Shown here piece after piece: positions 63,050 to 64,000 of a stretch of 64,000 bases of DNA. The notes under the pieces were generated by a model. The model saw nothing but the letters and a program-made list of their open reading frames with translations. It did not search any database and was not told the origin of the DNA. This stretch comes from Mobula hypostoma (lineage: Eukaryota): assembly GCF_963921235.1 (NCBI RefSeq), contig NC_086108.1, positions 37,264,001-37,328,000 on the forward strand, in the 5' to 3' direction. Position 1 is the first letter of the stretch, and each line of letters starts with the position of its first letter. Position numbers and translations under genes: made by a program.

Positions 63050-63572
63050 CCTTGCTGACCATCAACACTGGCGTACCTCAAGGATGCGTACTTAGCCCAG
63101 TACTCTACTCTCTACACCTGTGACTGTGTGGCTAGGCACAGCTCAAACACCAACTATAAATTTGCCAATGACAGTGGTGTCACAACAACATCCTTGCATT
63201 CAACATCAGTAAGACCAATTAATTCATTCTGGACTTCAGGAAGGAGCAGTTGAGGGGGCCAGTCCTCACTGAGTGATTAGCAGTGGAAAGGGTGAGCAGC
63301 TTCAAGTTCCCAGGTGTCAACATCTCTGAAGATCTATCCTGGGTCCAACATACTGATACAATTACAAATAAAGTATGACAGCAGTTATGTTTCATTAAGA
63401 GTTTGAAGAGACTTTATATGTCACCGCAGACTCCAGCAAATTTCTACAGATGTGCTATGGAGAAAATACTGTCTGGTTTCATCACTGTCTGGAATGGTCT
63501 GAAAACTCAGCCAGCTCAGTCAAGGGCACTAGCCTTCCCAGCATTGAGGACAACTTCAAAAGGCAGTGCCCC
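63050..63572 (+). mobile_element. Decayed Rex1/Babar-type LINE fragment
   Basis: TINTGVPQGCVLSPVLYS motif and downstream conserved blocks. Confidence 0.82.
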
Positions 63573-64000
63573 TGAGAAATGACACCTGAGTTCCATATTT
63601 TTCATGTGAAAGAAAGTAGAAATAAAAAGTATTTTGTAAAATGTTAAGCGTAAATTCTATCTTCATTGTATTGTTTGCCTGAAAGACATCTGCTATTTTA
63701 ACAAGTATTTTGGGCAAACATCATGTGACCAATGATCACCAAATCCACTTCCTTACATCCCTTACCCTCCACGATTCACAGACCAAGCCAAATACCCTGG
63801 GGATAGCTAAGGTCCCACTTAGACAAAGTCTTCTCACCATCTAACCAGTCCAGTTGTACTAAACAACCTCAGTGGAACTGTATCAATGCATGGCATCACA
63901 AAGGCCAGAAGTATCCAGTCCCAGCTGTTAGGGACTGGCCTTGATGTCAAGTAGGTGGTCTTCAGGCAGTCAGCTCAGGGACCTACAAACCACTTCACTG

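Noticed and set aside
1..64000. Prokaryotic-type system (operon, retron, CRISPR) or intact autonomous retroelement
   Set aside because: All RT, integrase and nuclease ORFs are truncated or disrupted eukaryotic TE fragments, with no operon-like gene density.

Overview
Vertebrate genomic DNA, most likely a cartilaginous fish (ray/shark). This is inferred from HE1-like V-SINEs, abundant CR1 with short microsatellite tails, and Rex1/Babar and Penelope families. The window looks like a large intron or intergenic region made mostly of retroelements. These include young and old CR1 LINEs, Rex1/Babar LINE fragments, a 5'-truncated L1, Penelope-like (GIY-YIG) elements, three decayed Gypsy LTR retrotransposons (one Sushi-like), several solo LTRs, tRNA-derived SINEs and a Tc1-derived remnant, often nested. 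No intact cellular gene is recognisable; I see only a few short candidate exons with good splice signals. The most notable signals are predicted catalytic RNAs. One is a complete HDV-like (nested double pseudoknot) ribozyme fold at the exact 5' end of a TSD-flanked ~560-bp RTE-type non-autonomous element (26025-26207, minus). The others are two intact and several decayed type I hammerhead motifs in Penelope 3' ends. Also seen: a young CR1 inserted in register into an old CR1, and an ancient ~22-23-nt minisatellite broken up by TE insertions over ~9 kb. Family names come from motif recognition, not database searches.
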